This document shows positions 31,955-44,386 of a DNA stretch of 64,000 nt, in pieces (position 1 is the first letter of the stretch; every line of letters begins with the position of its first letter). The DNA is from Nannocystis bainbridge. GTDB lineage: Bacteria > Myxococcota_A > Polyangia > Nannocystales > Nannocystaceae. The notes below the pieces were generated by a model that had not been told where the DNA came from, searched no databases, and worked only from the letters and a program-made list of their open reading frames with translations. The position numbers and the translations under genes were made by a program. The stretch covers positions 4,384,001-4,448,000 of the forward strand of contig NZ_JAQNDL010000001.1 in assembly GCF_028368995.1 (NCBI RefSeq), read 5' to 3'.

Positions 31955-34884
31955 CCTCCCGCTGCGACGACATCGACCGCTACTTCGACGGCGAGCTCGA
32001 GGGCGACGCGCGGGCGACCTTCGAGGTCCACCTCGTCGACTGCGCGCGCTGCCAGCAGCAGCTCCACGTGTTGATGCAGCTGCAGGTCGCGAGCGGGCCC
32101 GAGGCGCCGGCCGCCGCGCCGCCGATCTCGCTGGCCGCGCGCAGACCACGGCGCTGGTGGGCCGCGGCGCCGGTGCTCGCCGCGGCCGCCGCGATCGCCC
32201 TGTACCTGCGCGGGCCGGGCGGCGGGCCCGAGCTCGTGGATGTCCCCAAGGGCATGTCCGAAGGGTCAGCTTCACTCACGCTGACGCCGACGCGCGGCGT
32301 CGAGGCCCGGCTCAGCTTCGGCCCGGCCGACGTCCACCGCGACTACGCCGTCACCCGCGCCGCCGGGCCGATCCAGGGTGAACCGATCCCGCTGAGCGAG
32401 CTCTCGCGGCTCGAGCAGATCGGCGAGCTGCGCGGGCTCGCGGCCGCCCACGCGCTACGCGGCGAGCTCGCGCAAGCCCAGGCGGTGCTGCTGCGGCTCG
32501 AGCCCTCGCCCGATCGCGACAGCGACCTCGCCGCGCTGGCGTTGATGCAGGCCCAGCCCGAGCCCGCGCTCGCGCTCGCCGACGCCGCGCTGGCGGTCGC
32601 GCCGGAGCACTTGCAGGCGCGCTGGAACCGGGCCCTCGCGCTGCGCGACCTCGGCCTCTCGCGCGCCGCCGCGGACGCGCTCGAGCAGCTCGCGGCCGCC
32701 GACACGCCGGCGTGGGGCGCCGAGGCACGGGCCCACGCCGCGGCGCTGCGGCGCGAGCCGGCCGCGCGCGAGCGGCTGTTCGCCGAGGTACAGGCGGCCG
32801 GAGCGGCGTTGATCGATCACGGCGATCCGGTCCCCGAGGCCGCGATCCTCGGCGCGCCGTCGCTGGTGCGCCTCTACTTCTATGACGCCGTGCGCACCGC
32901 CCCGACGCGCGCGCGCCTCGAGTCGTTGCTGCCGCTGGCCGAGCGGCTCGATCGGCTGGCCGGCGGGAATGTCCTTCAGGACATGCTGCAAAAGACAGCC
33001 AGGTCCGAGTTCGCCCGCCGCGGTCCGCTGGCCGAGCGCTACGCCGGGCTCGCGCTCGGTCGCGGCGGCGACGGGCCGGCGCTGGTCGCCGCGGCGCGAG
33101 CGGCCGGGCAACTCGACATCGCTCTCGGGGCGATGGTCCATGCCGGGCAAGCGCGCGCCGATCTGTCCGGCTTCACCAAGCTGGCCGAAAGTACAGGTGA
33201 CCCATGGCTGCGCATGCTGGCCGCGCAGGAGCGGGCCGGCGCGCAGCTCGACGCCGGTGATTACGCGCCCGCCGAGGCGACGCTGACCTCCGCGCAGGCG
33301 CTGTGCGGCCCCGGCCTTGGCTATCGCTGCGCGCGGCTCGAGCTGGCCCACGCCGAGCTGCTGGCGCTGATGCACCGCCTGCCCGAGGCCGCCGCTCCGC
33401 TCGAGGCCGCCGCGCGGCGGGTGACGCAGGACCAGCACTGGGGCGCCGAGACGACCTCCTTGCAGCTGCGGGCCGAGGTCGCTCGCCTGCGCGGCGCCTT
33501 CGGCCTCGCGCGGGCGATCACCGGCGAGACCCTGCTGCGCCTGCCCGAGGCCGAGGTGGCGCGCTGCCGGGCCGAGCGTCACGCGCGGGACGTGCTCGCC
33601 GGTCTTGCGATCGTCGCGCTCGACGTCGCCGGGGCGCGACGCGAGCTGCAGGCCGCGCCGGATTGCCAGCAGCCGCCGTCGCTGGCGCGGCTGTTCGTCC
33701 AGGCCGACCTGACGCGCATGAGCGGCGATGCGCGCGACGTCGAGGCCGTGCTCGTCGGTTTGCAGGCGGTGCGGGCGGGCGGCCTGATGCCCGGCGAGGC
33801 CGCGCTCGCCGATCATATCGAGGGCCGCGCGCGCATCGGCGGCGAGCCCGAGGCCGGCCGCGCCCTGCTGCGCCAGGCGATCGCCGCCGCGCGCGAGCTG
33901 CCGCGCAGCGACCCGCACGCGCTCAAGGCGGTGTCGTTCAGCTACGCCTCGCTGGTGCTCGACGCGGCCGCGCGGGGCGATCACGGCGCGGCGCTGCAAC
34001 TGCTCGCAGAAGAGGTCGGTGCGCCCGCGCCGACATCCTGCGCGCTCGGCCTCGCCGACGATCACGAGCGCAGCTACAGCGTCGCGCTCGGACCCGCCGG
34101 CCCGGCGATCGGCGCTCTCGTCACCCGCGAAGCCCCGGCCCTCGCCGACGAGGCGCGGGTGCCCGAGGCTGCGATCGCGGCGCTGCGGGCCTGCCCCGAG
34201 GTCGCGGTGTTCGCCCGCCCGCCGCTGGCCGGTCGCCCCGGCTTGCTGCCGCCCGAGATCGCCTGGTCGTACCGCGTCGGTCACCAGACTGTTAAGACAT
34301 TGCCAAAAAAGCATGTCCCATCGGACATGCGACTGGTCGTCGCCGACGCGGTCGCGCCGACCTCGCTCGGCCTGCCGCGCCTGTCCCCGTGGACAGGTGA
34401 GATCGACGCCGGCACGCGGGCGCTGACCGGCCCCGCGGCGACGCCGACGCGGGTGCTGCAGGCGCTGCCCGAGGCCGGTGAGATCGAGTTTCACGTCCAC
34501 GGTCTCGTCGACCTCGGAGTGTCGGACGCCTCCTTCCTGGCCCTGACGCCCGAGGCCGACGGCCGCCACGCATTGACGGCCGGGCAGATCCGCGGCGTCG
34601 CCCTGCCGGCGCGGCCGGTCGTGATCCTCGGGGCCTGCCACGCCGGTCAGGTCGCGCCGTACTTGCACGAGGCGTGGAGCTTGCCGAGCGCGTTCCTCGA
34701 GGCCGGCGCGCGGGTCGTCATCGCCTCGCCGGCCCCCGTCGACGACCGCGAGGCCGGCCCGTTCTTCGCCGCCGTGCGAGCGCGGATCCGCGGCGGCGCC
34801 TCGCCGGCGGTCGCCGTCCGCGACGAACGGGTCCAGCGCGGCAGCGCGGCCGACTGGGCCGCCCACGTGCTCGTCTTCGAGTAG
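31951..34884 (+). CDS. zf-HC2 anti-sigma domain, TM, TPR and CHAT (caspase-like) fusion protein
   Basis: YFDGEL...HLVDCARC; TM WWAAAPVLAAAAAIALYL; ARWNRALAL TPR; FHVHG and ILGACHAG CHAT His/Cys; AFLEAGA; ATGA coupling to the sigma gene. Confidence 0.85.
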   Translation: MTSRCDDIDRYFDGELEGDARATFEVHLVDCARCQQQLHVLMQLQVASGPEAPAAAPPISLAARRPRRWWAAAPVLAAAAAIALYLRGPGGGPELVDVPKGMSEGSASLTLTPTRGVEARLSFGPADVHRDYAVTRAAGPIQGEPIPLSELSRLEQIGELRGLAAAHALRGELAQAQAVLLRLEPSPDRDSDLAALALMQAQPEPALALADAALAVAPEHLQARWNRALALRDLGLSRAAADALEQLAAADTPAWGAEARAHAAALRREPAARERLFAEVQAAGAALIDHGDPVPEAAILGAPSLVRLYFYDAVRTAPTRARLESLLPLAERLDRLAGGNVLQDMLQKTARSEFARRGPLAERYAGLALGRGGDGPALVAAARAAGQLDIALGAMVHAGQARADLSGFTKLAESTGDPWLRMLAAQERAGAQLDAGDYAPAEATLTSAQALCGPGLGYRCARLELAHAELLALMHRLPEAAAPLEAAARRVTQDQHWGAETTSLQLRAEVARLRGAFGLARAITGETLLRLPEAEVARCRAERHARDVLAGLAIVALDVAGARRELQAAPDCQQPPSLARLFVQADLTRMSGDARDVEAVLVGLQAVRAGGLMPGEAALADHIEGRARIGGEPEAGRALLRQAIAAARELPRSDPHALKAVSFSYASLVLDAAARGDHGAALQLLAEEVGAPAPTSCALGLADDHERSYSVALGPAGPAIGALVTREAPALADEARVPEAAIAALRACPEVAVFARPPLAGRPGLLPPEIAWSYRVGHQTVKTLPKKHVPSDMRLVVADAVAPTSLGLPRLSPWTGEIDAGTRALTGPAATPTRVLQALPEAGEIEFHVHGLVDLGVSDASFLALTPEADGRHALTAGQIRGVALPARPVVILGACHAGQVAPYLHEAWSLPSAFLEAGARVVIASPAPVDDREAGPFFAAVRARIRGGASPAVAVRDERVQRGSAADWAAHVLVFE

Positions 34885-34937
34885 ACGGCCGGCCCGCTGC
34901 GATCCTCCTCCCGCGGAGCGGTGGTACCGTCGCCTCC

Positions 34938-35855
34938 ATGTTCGACCCAGCCGCGTGGCTGCAAGCGACCCGACCGCTGGCCCAGGTCAACCTCGTCGTC
35001 CCGCTGTGGCTCGGGCAGGCGCTGGCCTTCGCGTACGCCGGCGCGTTCTCGCTGCCGACCCTGTACGCCCTGCACATGTTCGCCGCGCTGCTGCTGCTGG
35101 TGATCGTCTTCAGCAACGACTACGCCGACCGCGACAGCGACGCCGCCAACCGCACCTACAACGAGTTCTCCGGCGGCTCGCGGGTGCTGCCCGACGGCCG
35201 TCTGCGCCCCGGCGAGCTGCGCGACGCCGCCTGGCTGGCGCTCGTCGGCCTGTCCGGACTCTCGCTCTACCTGGCCTTGTGGACAGCTCGTCCGTGGACC
35301 CCGGCGTTCGTGGCCGTCGCCGCGCTGCTGGTGTGGGCCTACAACTTCGCCCCGCTGCGCCTCTCGTACCGCGGCGGCGGCGAGGTCGTGCAGGGCCTCG
35401 GCACCGGGGTGGTGCTGCCGCTGCTCGGCTTCTACGTCCAGGCCGGCTCGCTCGCGGCGTTCCCGTGGCTCGCGCTGGCCCCGCTGTTCCTGATCGGCGT
35501 GGTCGGCAACATCCTCACCTCGCTGCCGGATGTCCCTTCGGACAGGGCCACCGACAAGCGCAGCTACGCGGTCCGCCGCGGGCAGTGGGCCGCGCGCCGT
35601 CACAGCCTCGAACTGTTGGTGATGGCCGCGCTGATGGGCGGCCTGGTCGTGCCCGGCCTCGGGATCGTCGGCGTGGCCCTGCTGGCCGCCCCCGCGCTGG
35701 CGCTGGTGGCCGCCGCCGTGCCCCTGCTCGGCAGCGCCGACGCCGAGCAGCGCGACGAGTGCCGCCGCTTCATCCTCCTCACCGCCGGCGCCGGTCACCT
35801 GCAGTGCGTGCTGTGGAGCCTCGCGCTCGTGGTGGTCGGCCTGCTGCGGGCATGA
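34938..35855 (+). CDS. UbiA-family prenyltransferase (MenA-like)
   Basis: WLQATRP, NDYADRDSD, FSGGSRVL, PLRLSYRGGGE, PDVPSD...K; multiple TMs. Confidence 0.85.
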   Translation: MFDPAAWLQATRPLAQVNLVVPLWLGQALAFAYAGAFSLPTLYALHMFAALLLLVIVFSNDYADRDSDAANRTYNEFSGGSRVLPDGRLRPGELRDAAWLALVGLSGLSLYLALWTARPWTPAFVAVAALLVWAYNFAPLRLSYRGGGEVVQGLGTGVVLPLLGFYVQAGSLAAFPWLALAPLFLIGVVGNILTSLPDVPSDRATDKRSYAVRRGQWAARRHSLELLVMAALMGGLVVPGLGIVGVALLAAPALALVAAAVPLLGSADAEQRDECRRFILLTAGAGHLQCVLWSLALVVVGLLRA

Positions 35856-35880
35856 ACCTCGACGCGCGCGCCTTCGTTCA

Positions 35881-35957
35881 TGATATGTCTGAACAGACAT
35901 GTCCCATGGGGAATGCCGTAAAGGACATGTCGTAAAGACAATGTCCCCGAGGACATA
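35881..35957. repeat. Array of 14-bp units between convergent genes
   Basis: Junctions at 35884, 35898, 35912, 35926, 35940, 35954. Confidence 0.85.
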
Positions 35958-36098
35958 AACGAAGACCGCAGCCGCGGTCGGCAGATCTGCGGCGCTCCGA
36001 CGCCCGTGCCGCGGGCCAGCAGCAGCCTCAGCGCTCGCAGCGGAGGACCGGGTCGCCCGGTGTCCGTGGATCACGCCCCGGTGACGCGTCCTCGCGCC

Positions 36099-39272
<3,174 letters not shown>

Positions 39273-39315
39273 CTTGGCAAACTCTCGCGCACGTGGGAGG
39301 GCGCGCAGGCGCGCG

Positions 39316-39741
39316 TCAGCGCAGCAGGCCGCCGATCCGGCGACTGAGGCGCGCGCGCTCGAAGTCGGCGCGCAGCGACGAGATCCCGAGCGCGTAGATC
39401 GCCCAGAACACCAGGCCGACGCCGAAGCCCGCCAGCGTCGAGCCGAGGATCGGCGCCTCGGCCTGCATCTGTCGCAGCTCGCCCGCGGCCTTCTGCCAAT
39501 TCACGGCGATGAACGCCAGCAGCACCGTCAGCGCCAGCGCCTTGAGCGCGGACAGGCCCGACAGGCGCGGGCGCGGGCCGAGGCCGCCGCGGTCGCCCTC
39601 GAGCAGTTGCATGAGCAAGCCGAGCCATGACGAAAGCATCGGCAGCACCAGCGCGCCCGCGATCCCGCCCAGCCCGGTCACGGCCAGGCGCAGGCGTTCG
39701 GTCGACATCGGGATCTCGGCCGCGAGCTCGGACGGCGCCAC
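39316..39741 (-). CDS. Small membrane protein
   Basis: Three hydrophobic segments; fills the gap between the kinase gene and hemF. Confidence 0.6.
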   Translation of the reverse strand: MAPSELAAEIPMSTERLRLAVTGLGGIAGALVLPMLSSWLGLLMQLLEGDRGGLGPRPRLSGLSALKALALTVLLAFIAVNWQKAAGELRQMQAEAPILGSTLAGFGVGLVFWAIYALGISSLRADFERARLSRRIGGLLR

Positions 39742-39805
39742 GGCGTGAGCGTACCGCAGAACGTGCGCGTGCGCGCCTGCCGGGGACGCGGCTTACACTC
39801 GCCGC

Positions 39806-40750
39806 GTGGGGTCCGCGACCAAGTTTCACAGCGAGTTCCAGCGCCGCGCGCACGACGCCGTCACCGAGGTCCAGTCGACCATCTGCGCCGCCGTCGAGGC
39901 CTTCGAGCGTGAGTTCGGCGGCAGCGGGGCGTTCGTCAGCGACGCCTGGGACCGGGCCGGCGGCGGTGGCGGCCTCACGCGGGTGATCCGCGGCGACGTC
40001 ATCGAGAAGGGCGGCGTCAACACCTCGGCCGTGTTCGGCGAGCTCAACCCGCAGTTCGCCAGCCAGCTCGCCGGCACCGGCGCCAACTTCTTCGCCGCCG
40101 GCGTCTCGCTGGTGCTGCACCCGAAGAACCCGTTCGTGCCGACCGTGCACGCCAACTTCCGCTACATCGAGCAGGGCGAGCGGCGGTGGTTCGGCGGCGG
40201 CGCCGACCTGACCCCGTACTACTACTTCCCCGAGGACAAGGCGCACTTCCACGACGTCTGGCGCCGCTTCTGCGAGGCGCACCCGGGCATCGGCGACTAC
40301 CCGCGCTTTCGCGACTGGTGCGATCGTTACTTCTATTTGAAGCACCGCGGCGAGTCGCGCGGCGTCGGCGGGATCTTCTTCGACCACCTGTTCGTCGAGC
40401 CCACGCGCCCCGGCCACGACGACGACCTGCTCCGCTTCATCCGCGACGGCGGCATGCGCTTCCTCGACGCCTGGCTGCCGATCGCGCGCCGACACGCGGC
40501 CACGCCGTACGGCCCGGACGAGCGCCGCTGGCAGGAGCTCCGCCGCGGCCGCTACGTCGAGTTCAACCTCCTCTACGACCGCGGCACCGTGTTCGGCCTC
40601 AAGACCGGCGGCCGCACCGAGTCGATCCTCATGTCGCTGCCGCCGCACGTGCAGTGGGGCTACGCCGAGGAGCCCGCGCCCGGCACGCCCGAAGCCGCCC
40701 TGCTCGCCGAGCTGCGCAAGCCGGACCCGGGCGACGAGCCGAACCCCTGA
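39806..40750 (+). CDS. hemF: Oxygen-dependent coproporphyrinogen III oxidase
   Basis: EKGGVN, HPKNPFVPTVHANFR, WFGGGADLTP, RRGRYVEFNLLYDRGT, RTESILMSLP. Confidence 0.96.
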   Translation: MGSATKFHSEFQRRAHDAVTEVQSTICAAVEAFEREFGGSGAFVSDAWDRAGGGGGLTRVIRGDVIEKGGVNTSAVFGELNPQFASQLAGTGANFFAAGVSLVLHPKNPFVPTVHANFRYIEQGERRWFGGGADLTPYYYFPEDKAHFHDVWRRFCEAHPGIGDYPRFRDWCDRYFYLKHRGESRGVGGIFFDHLFVEPTRPGHDDDLLRFIRDGGMRFLDAWLPIARRHAATPYGPDERRWQELRRGRYVEFNLLYDRGTVFGLKTGGRTESILMSLPPHVQWGYAEEPAPGTPEAALLAELRKPDPGDEPNP

Positions 40751-40987
40751 GTCGCGCAGCGACGCAGCCGCGATCGTCTGCACCACGCAGTGCGCGTGGA
40801 TCTCCAGATGCGTCGCGCCGATGCGTCGCGCCGCGCAGAGCGCAGGTGATTCTCACGGGCGCAGACGGCGACCCAGCGCCGATGCGCCGCTGATTTCGCG
40901 GTTTGACGAGCCGATGCGCGCGCTTTGGCGCTGGTCATACGAGTGGATCCACCTGCTCCATTCACGAGAGTTTGCCCTGAGCCAACC

Positions 40988-43309
40988 ATGGCGCGACAAT
41001 CCGCCGCCCCGGTGGTCTCCCCCCTCCGTTCGTCGTGGCTGGTCGTCGCTGCCCTCGTGGTGCTGGCGCGTCCGGTCGCGGCCGCACCAGCGCCTGTCCT
41101 TCGGACCATGCCCGAAGGGACAGGTCCGAAGGGACCTGTCCCGGAGGGTCCTGCGCCGCCTGCTGCCGCGCCGACTCGCCTGACGCGAGCGGCCGCCGAG
41201 CAGGCGCGCACCGTCGGGCGCACCACCGTCCGCGACACGCGGGCGCAGGACAGCCACGACACGCGGGCTGCCAGCGTCGTCACCCGACGCGACCTCGAGG
41301 AGCGGCTGCCGCGGTCGGCCCCTGACGCCCTGCGCTTCGAGCCCGGCGTCTACGTCCAGCAGACCGCGCACGGCCAGGGCTCGCCGTACGTGCGCGGCCT
41401 GACCGGCCAGCAGACGGTCATGATGTTCGACGGCATCCGCCTCAACAACAGCACCTTCCGCTACGGCCCCAACCAGTACTTCTTCACCATCGACTCGCGC
41501 ACCCTGCAGCGGCTCGAGGTCCTGCGCGGCGCCGCCTCCACCCGCTACGGCTCCGACGCGATGGGCGGCGCCCTCCTGGCCACGCCGATCGATCCGTCGC
41601 TCGAGCTCGGCAATCGCCGCGGCTGGTACGGCCACTCCAAGGCGATGTTGCGCAGCGGCACCGCCGACGGCGAGATGGGCGGGCGGGCCCAGCTCGACGT
41701 CGGCTGGAAGGGCAAGGTCGGCCTGTTCGGCGGCGTCGGTTACCGCGACGTCGGCCTGCTGCGATCGGGCGGCAAGGTGCTGTCGCCGGCCACTGGCCAG
41801 CCCGTCAAGTCGCCGCTGTTCGCCGCCGACGGCGTCACCCAGCGCGGCACCGGCTTCCGCGAGTTCACCGCCGACGCGCGCCTCGTCTATCGCGTGAATG
41901 ACAAGCACCGCCTCACGCTCGGCTACTACGATTATCGCCAATTCGACGCCCCGCGCACCGATCGCTGCCCGCCCGTGACCGCGCCGCAGAGCGAGTGCCT
42001 GTGGTACGACGAACAGTTCCGCACCCTCGTCTACGGCGCCTGGGACGTGAGCGACGGCCCGGCCGCGGCCGAGACGGTGCGCTGGACCCTCAGCTATCAG
42101 CACCAGCACGAGCGGCGCCGGTTCGACCGCGGCGCCGAGTCGACCTACCGCATCATCGGCCGCGACGAGGTCTACTCGCTCGGCACCGGCCTCAACATCG
42201 CCACCAAGCGGTTCGAGCTGGCCCGGGGCGTCGACTTCAAGGTCCACTACGGCCTCGACGCCTACTTCGACACCCTGCGCAGCCACGCCTGGAACACCTT
42301 CCTCGACGTCGGCATCACCACCCCGTCGACCTCGCAGTACGCCAGCGGCAGCCGCTACCTGACCTCCGGCTTGTGGACCGAGGCCACGCTCGGCCTGTTC
42401 GACCGCGTCGAGCTGCGCGCCGGCGGTCGCGGCTCGCTCGTGGTCGCCAACGCCCCCGGCAACCTCGACCCGAGGGTCGGCCGGCGGCCGATCGATCAGA
42501 CCTGGGGCGGCGGCGTCGGCGGCGGCGGGATCGCCGTGCGGCTCGTCGACGGCCTGCGCTGGATCACCAACCTCGACCAAGGCTTCCGCGCGCCCAACCT
42601 CGACGACCTCACCAGCCGTCAGGCCACCGGCGCCGGCCAGCAGTACGAGAACCCCAACCTGCGGCCGGAGCGGGCCCTGTCCTTGGAGACAGGTTTTCGC
42701 GTCGAGCGCCCGCGGGTGCAGCTGCAATTGTTCGCGTTCCAGTCGTGGATCGATCGCCTGATCACGCGGGTCCGGTTCGACCGCGACCAGTGCCCGCCCG
42801 ACGACAACCTCTGCGGCGCCGCGGTCTACAACGTCACCCTCGCCAACATCGCCGGCACCAGCCACATCCGCGGGCTCGACGGCGCCGTGCGGCTGCTGTT
42901 GCCGAAGGGCTTCGGCATGCGCGCGACCGCGGCCTACACCTGGGGCGACGGCCCCAACCCCGTCTCTGGCCTCGAGCCCGCGCGCGTGCCCCTGTCGCGG
43001 ATCCCCCCGCTCAACGGTACCGTCGAGATCAGCTGGCGCCACCGCCACGGCATGTTCGCCAGCTCCGCCCTGCGCTGGGCCCGGCCGCAGACGCGGCTCA
43101 CCGAGACCGACAAGAACGACCAGCGGATCCCTCAAGGAGGCTCCCCCGGGTTCGCGGTGCTCGATCTACGCGCCGGCTACCGTCTGCAGCAGCACGCCCT
43201 CGTCGTGCTCGTGCTCGAGAACGTCACCAACGCCGCCTACCGCTACCACGGCTCCAGCATCAACGGCCCTGGTCGCGGGCTCAACGTGCTCGTCGAGGTC
43301 GGCTTCTAA
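40988..43309 (+). CDS. TonB-dependent receptor
   Basis: QQTAHGQGSPYVRG, DGIRLNNS, YGSDAMGG, FRAPN, NPNLRPE, C-terminal F. Confidence 0.92.
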   Translation: MARQSAAPVVSPLRSSWLVVAALVVLARPVAAAPAPVLRTMPEGTGPKGPVPEGPAPPAAAPTRLTRAAAEQARTVGRTTVRDTRAQDSHDTRAASVVTRRDLEERLPRSAPDALRFEPGVYVQQTAHGQGSPYVRGLTGQQTVMMFDGIRLNNSTFRYGPNQYFFTIDSRTLQRLEVLRGAASTRYGSDAMGGALLATPIDPSLELGNRRGWYGHSKAMLRSGTADGEMGGRAQLDVGWKGKVGLFGGVGYRDVGLLRSGGKVLSPATGQPVKSPLFAADGVTQRGTGFREFTADARLVYRVNDKHRLTLGYYDYRQFDAPRTDRCPPVTAPQSECLWYDEQFRTLVYGAWDVSDGPAAAETVRWTLSYQHQHERRRFDRGAESTYRIIGRDEVYSLGTGLNIATKRFELARGVDFKVHYGLDAYFDTLRSHAWNTFLDVGITTPSTSQYASGSRYLTSGLWTEATLGLFDRVELRAGGRGSLVVANAPGNLDPRVGRRPIDQTWGGGVGGGGIAVRLVDGLRWITNLDQGFRAPNLDDLTSRQATGAGQQYENPNLRPERALSLETGFRVERPRVQLQLFAFQSWIDRLITRVRFDRDQCPPDDNLCGAAVYNVTLANIAGTSHIRGLDGAVRLLLPKGFGMRATAAYTWGDGPNPVSGLEPARVPLSRIPPLNGTVEISWRHRHGMFASSALRWARPQTRLTETDKNDQRIPQGGSPGFAVLDLRAGYRLQQHALVVLVLENVTNAAYRYHGSSINGPGRGLNVLVEVGF
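41090..41141. repeat. 14-bp unit array inside the TBDR N-terminal linker
   Basis: Junctions at 41093, 41107, 41121, 41135; read in frame as APVLRTMPEGTGPKGPV. Confidence 0.8.
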
Positions 43310-44281
43310 ATGGAGTACACCCACGCCATGGCCGAGCCAGCCGCCGACTCGCGCGCCTCCGCGTCGCTCGTGGCCCTGTGGGTCGCGGTGCTGCTCGGGG
43401 TGGCCGGGGTCGCGATCCTCGCCGCCGGCTTCGTCGCCCCGCTGCTGGCCGGCTCGGACGAGCCCTTCCTCGAGGGACATGTCCCGAAGAACTCGCAGCT
43501 GTATCAGCGCTCGACCCCGCGGCCGCACGGCGTGCTGCACCTGGCCGGCTCGGGCAGCAACATCCCGCTGACGCGCGCCCTCGCCGACGCCTTCGTGGTG
43601 CGCGGCCACGACGCCCACATCGTCGTGTTCGAGAGCATCGGCTCGACGGGCGGGGTGATGGCCGTCTACGACGACGTCGTCGACCTCGGGCTCATCTCGC
43701 GCCCGCTGAGCGACCGCGAGCTGCACATCGGCGTCGACGCGATCCCCTACGCCCGCGTCCCCGTGGTCGTCGCCGTCAACCTGTCCGTCCCCGACACCGC
43801 GATCTCCACCACCGAGCTCGCCGACATCTTCGCCGGTCGCAAGACCCGCTGGTCCGACGGCGCGCCGATCACCGTGCTGCAGCGCGAGCGCGGCGACTCC
43901 GGCCACGCCGCCGTCGCCGCCGCCCTGCCGGCCTTCGCCGCCGCCGACGAGGCCGCCTACCGCGAGCACCGCTGGCGCGTCATCGTCCACGACCGCGCGA
44001 TGCAGGAGGCGCTTGCGATCACCCCCGGCGCGATCGGCCTGCTCGACGTCGGCGTCATCAGCCTCCAGCGCCTGCCCCTCCGCGCGCTCGAGCTCGACGG
44101 CTACGCCCCCAGCGAGGCCAGCGTGCAATCGGGCCGCTACCCCTTCTCAAAGGACCTCGCCTTCGCCGGCCTCGAGGCCCCGACCGGCCTGGCCGCCGAG
44201 TTCATCCGCTTCGCCCGCTCCGAAGAGGGCATCGCCCTGATGAAGGCCCACGGCTACATCCCGCTGCCGGAGATCCAATGA
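43310..44281 (+). CDS. PstS-like periplasmic binding protein with N-terminal TM anchor
   Basis: LAGSGS, SIGSTGG, DLGLISRPL, RERGDSG, PGAIG, GRYP motifs of the phosphate-binding PBP family. Confidence 0.8.
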   Translation: MEYTHAMAEPAADSRASASLVALWVAVLLGVAGVAILAAGFVAPLLAGSDEPFLEGHVPKNSQLYQRSTPRPHGVLHLAGSGSNIPLTRALADAFVVRGHDAHIVVFESIGSTGGVMAVYDDVVDLGLISRPLSDRELHIGVDAIPYARVPVVVAVNLSVPDTAISTTELADIFAGRKTRWSDGAPITVLQRERGDSGHAAVAAALPAFAAADEAAYREHRWRVIVHDRAMQEALAITPGAIGLLDVGVISLQRLPLRALELDGYAPSEASVQSGRYPFSKDLAFAGLEAPTGLAAEFIRFARSEEGIALMKAHGYIPLPEIQ

Positions 44282-44287
44282 CCCTCC

Positions 44288-44366
44288 GCGCAGGTTCGAA
44301 GGGACATGTTCTCGTCGCCATGTCCGATGGGGCATGCTCTCACGGACATGTCCTTCGAAGCATGAT
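44288..44366. repeat. Array of 14-bp units between the PstS-like gene and the histidine kinase gene
   Basis: Junctions at 44291, 44305, 44319, 44333, 44347, 44361. Confidence 0.88.
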
Positions 44367-44386
44367 GCACGACCAGCGAGGCGCGC

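Noticed and set aside
40760-40920. Short GATGCGTCGCGCC tandem repeat in the hemF-TBDR gap
   Set aside because: Only two copies of a GC-rich 13-mer; insufficient evidence of function.
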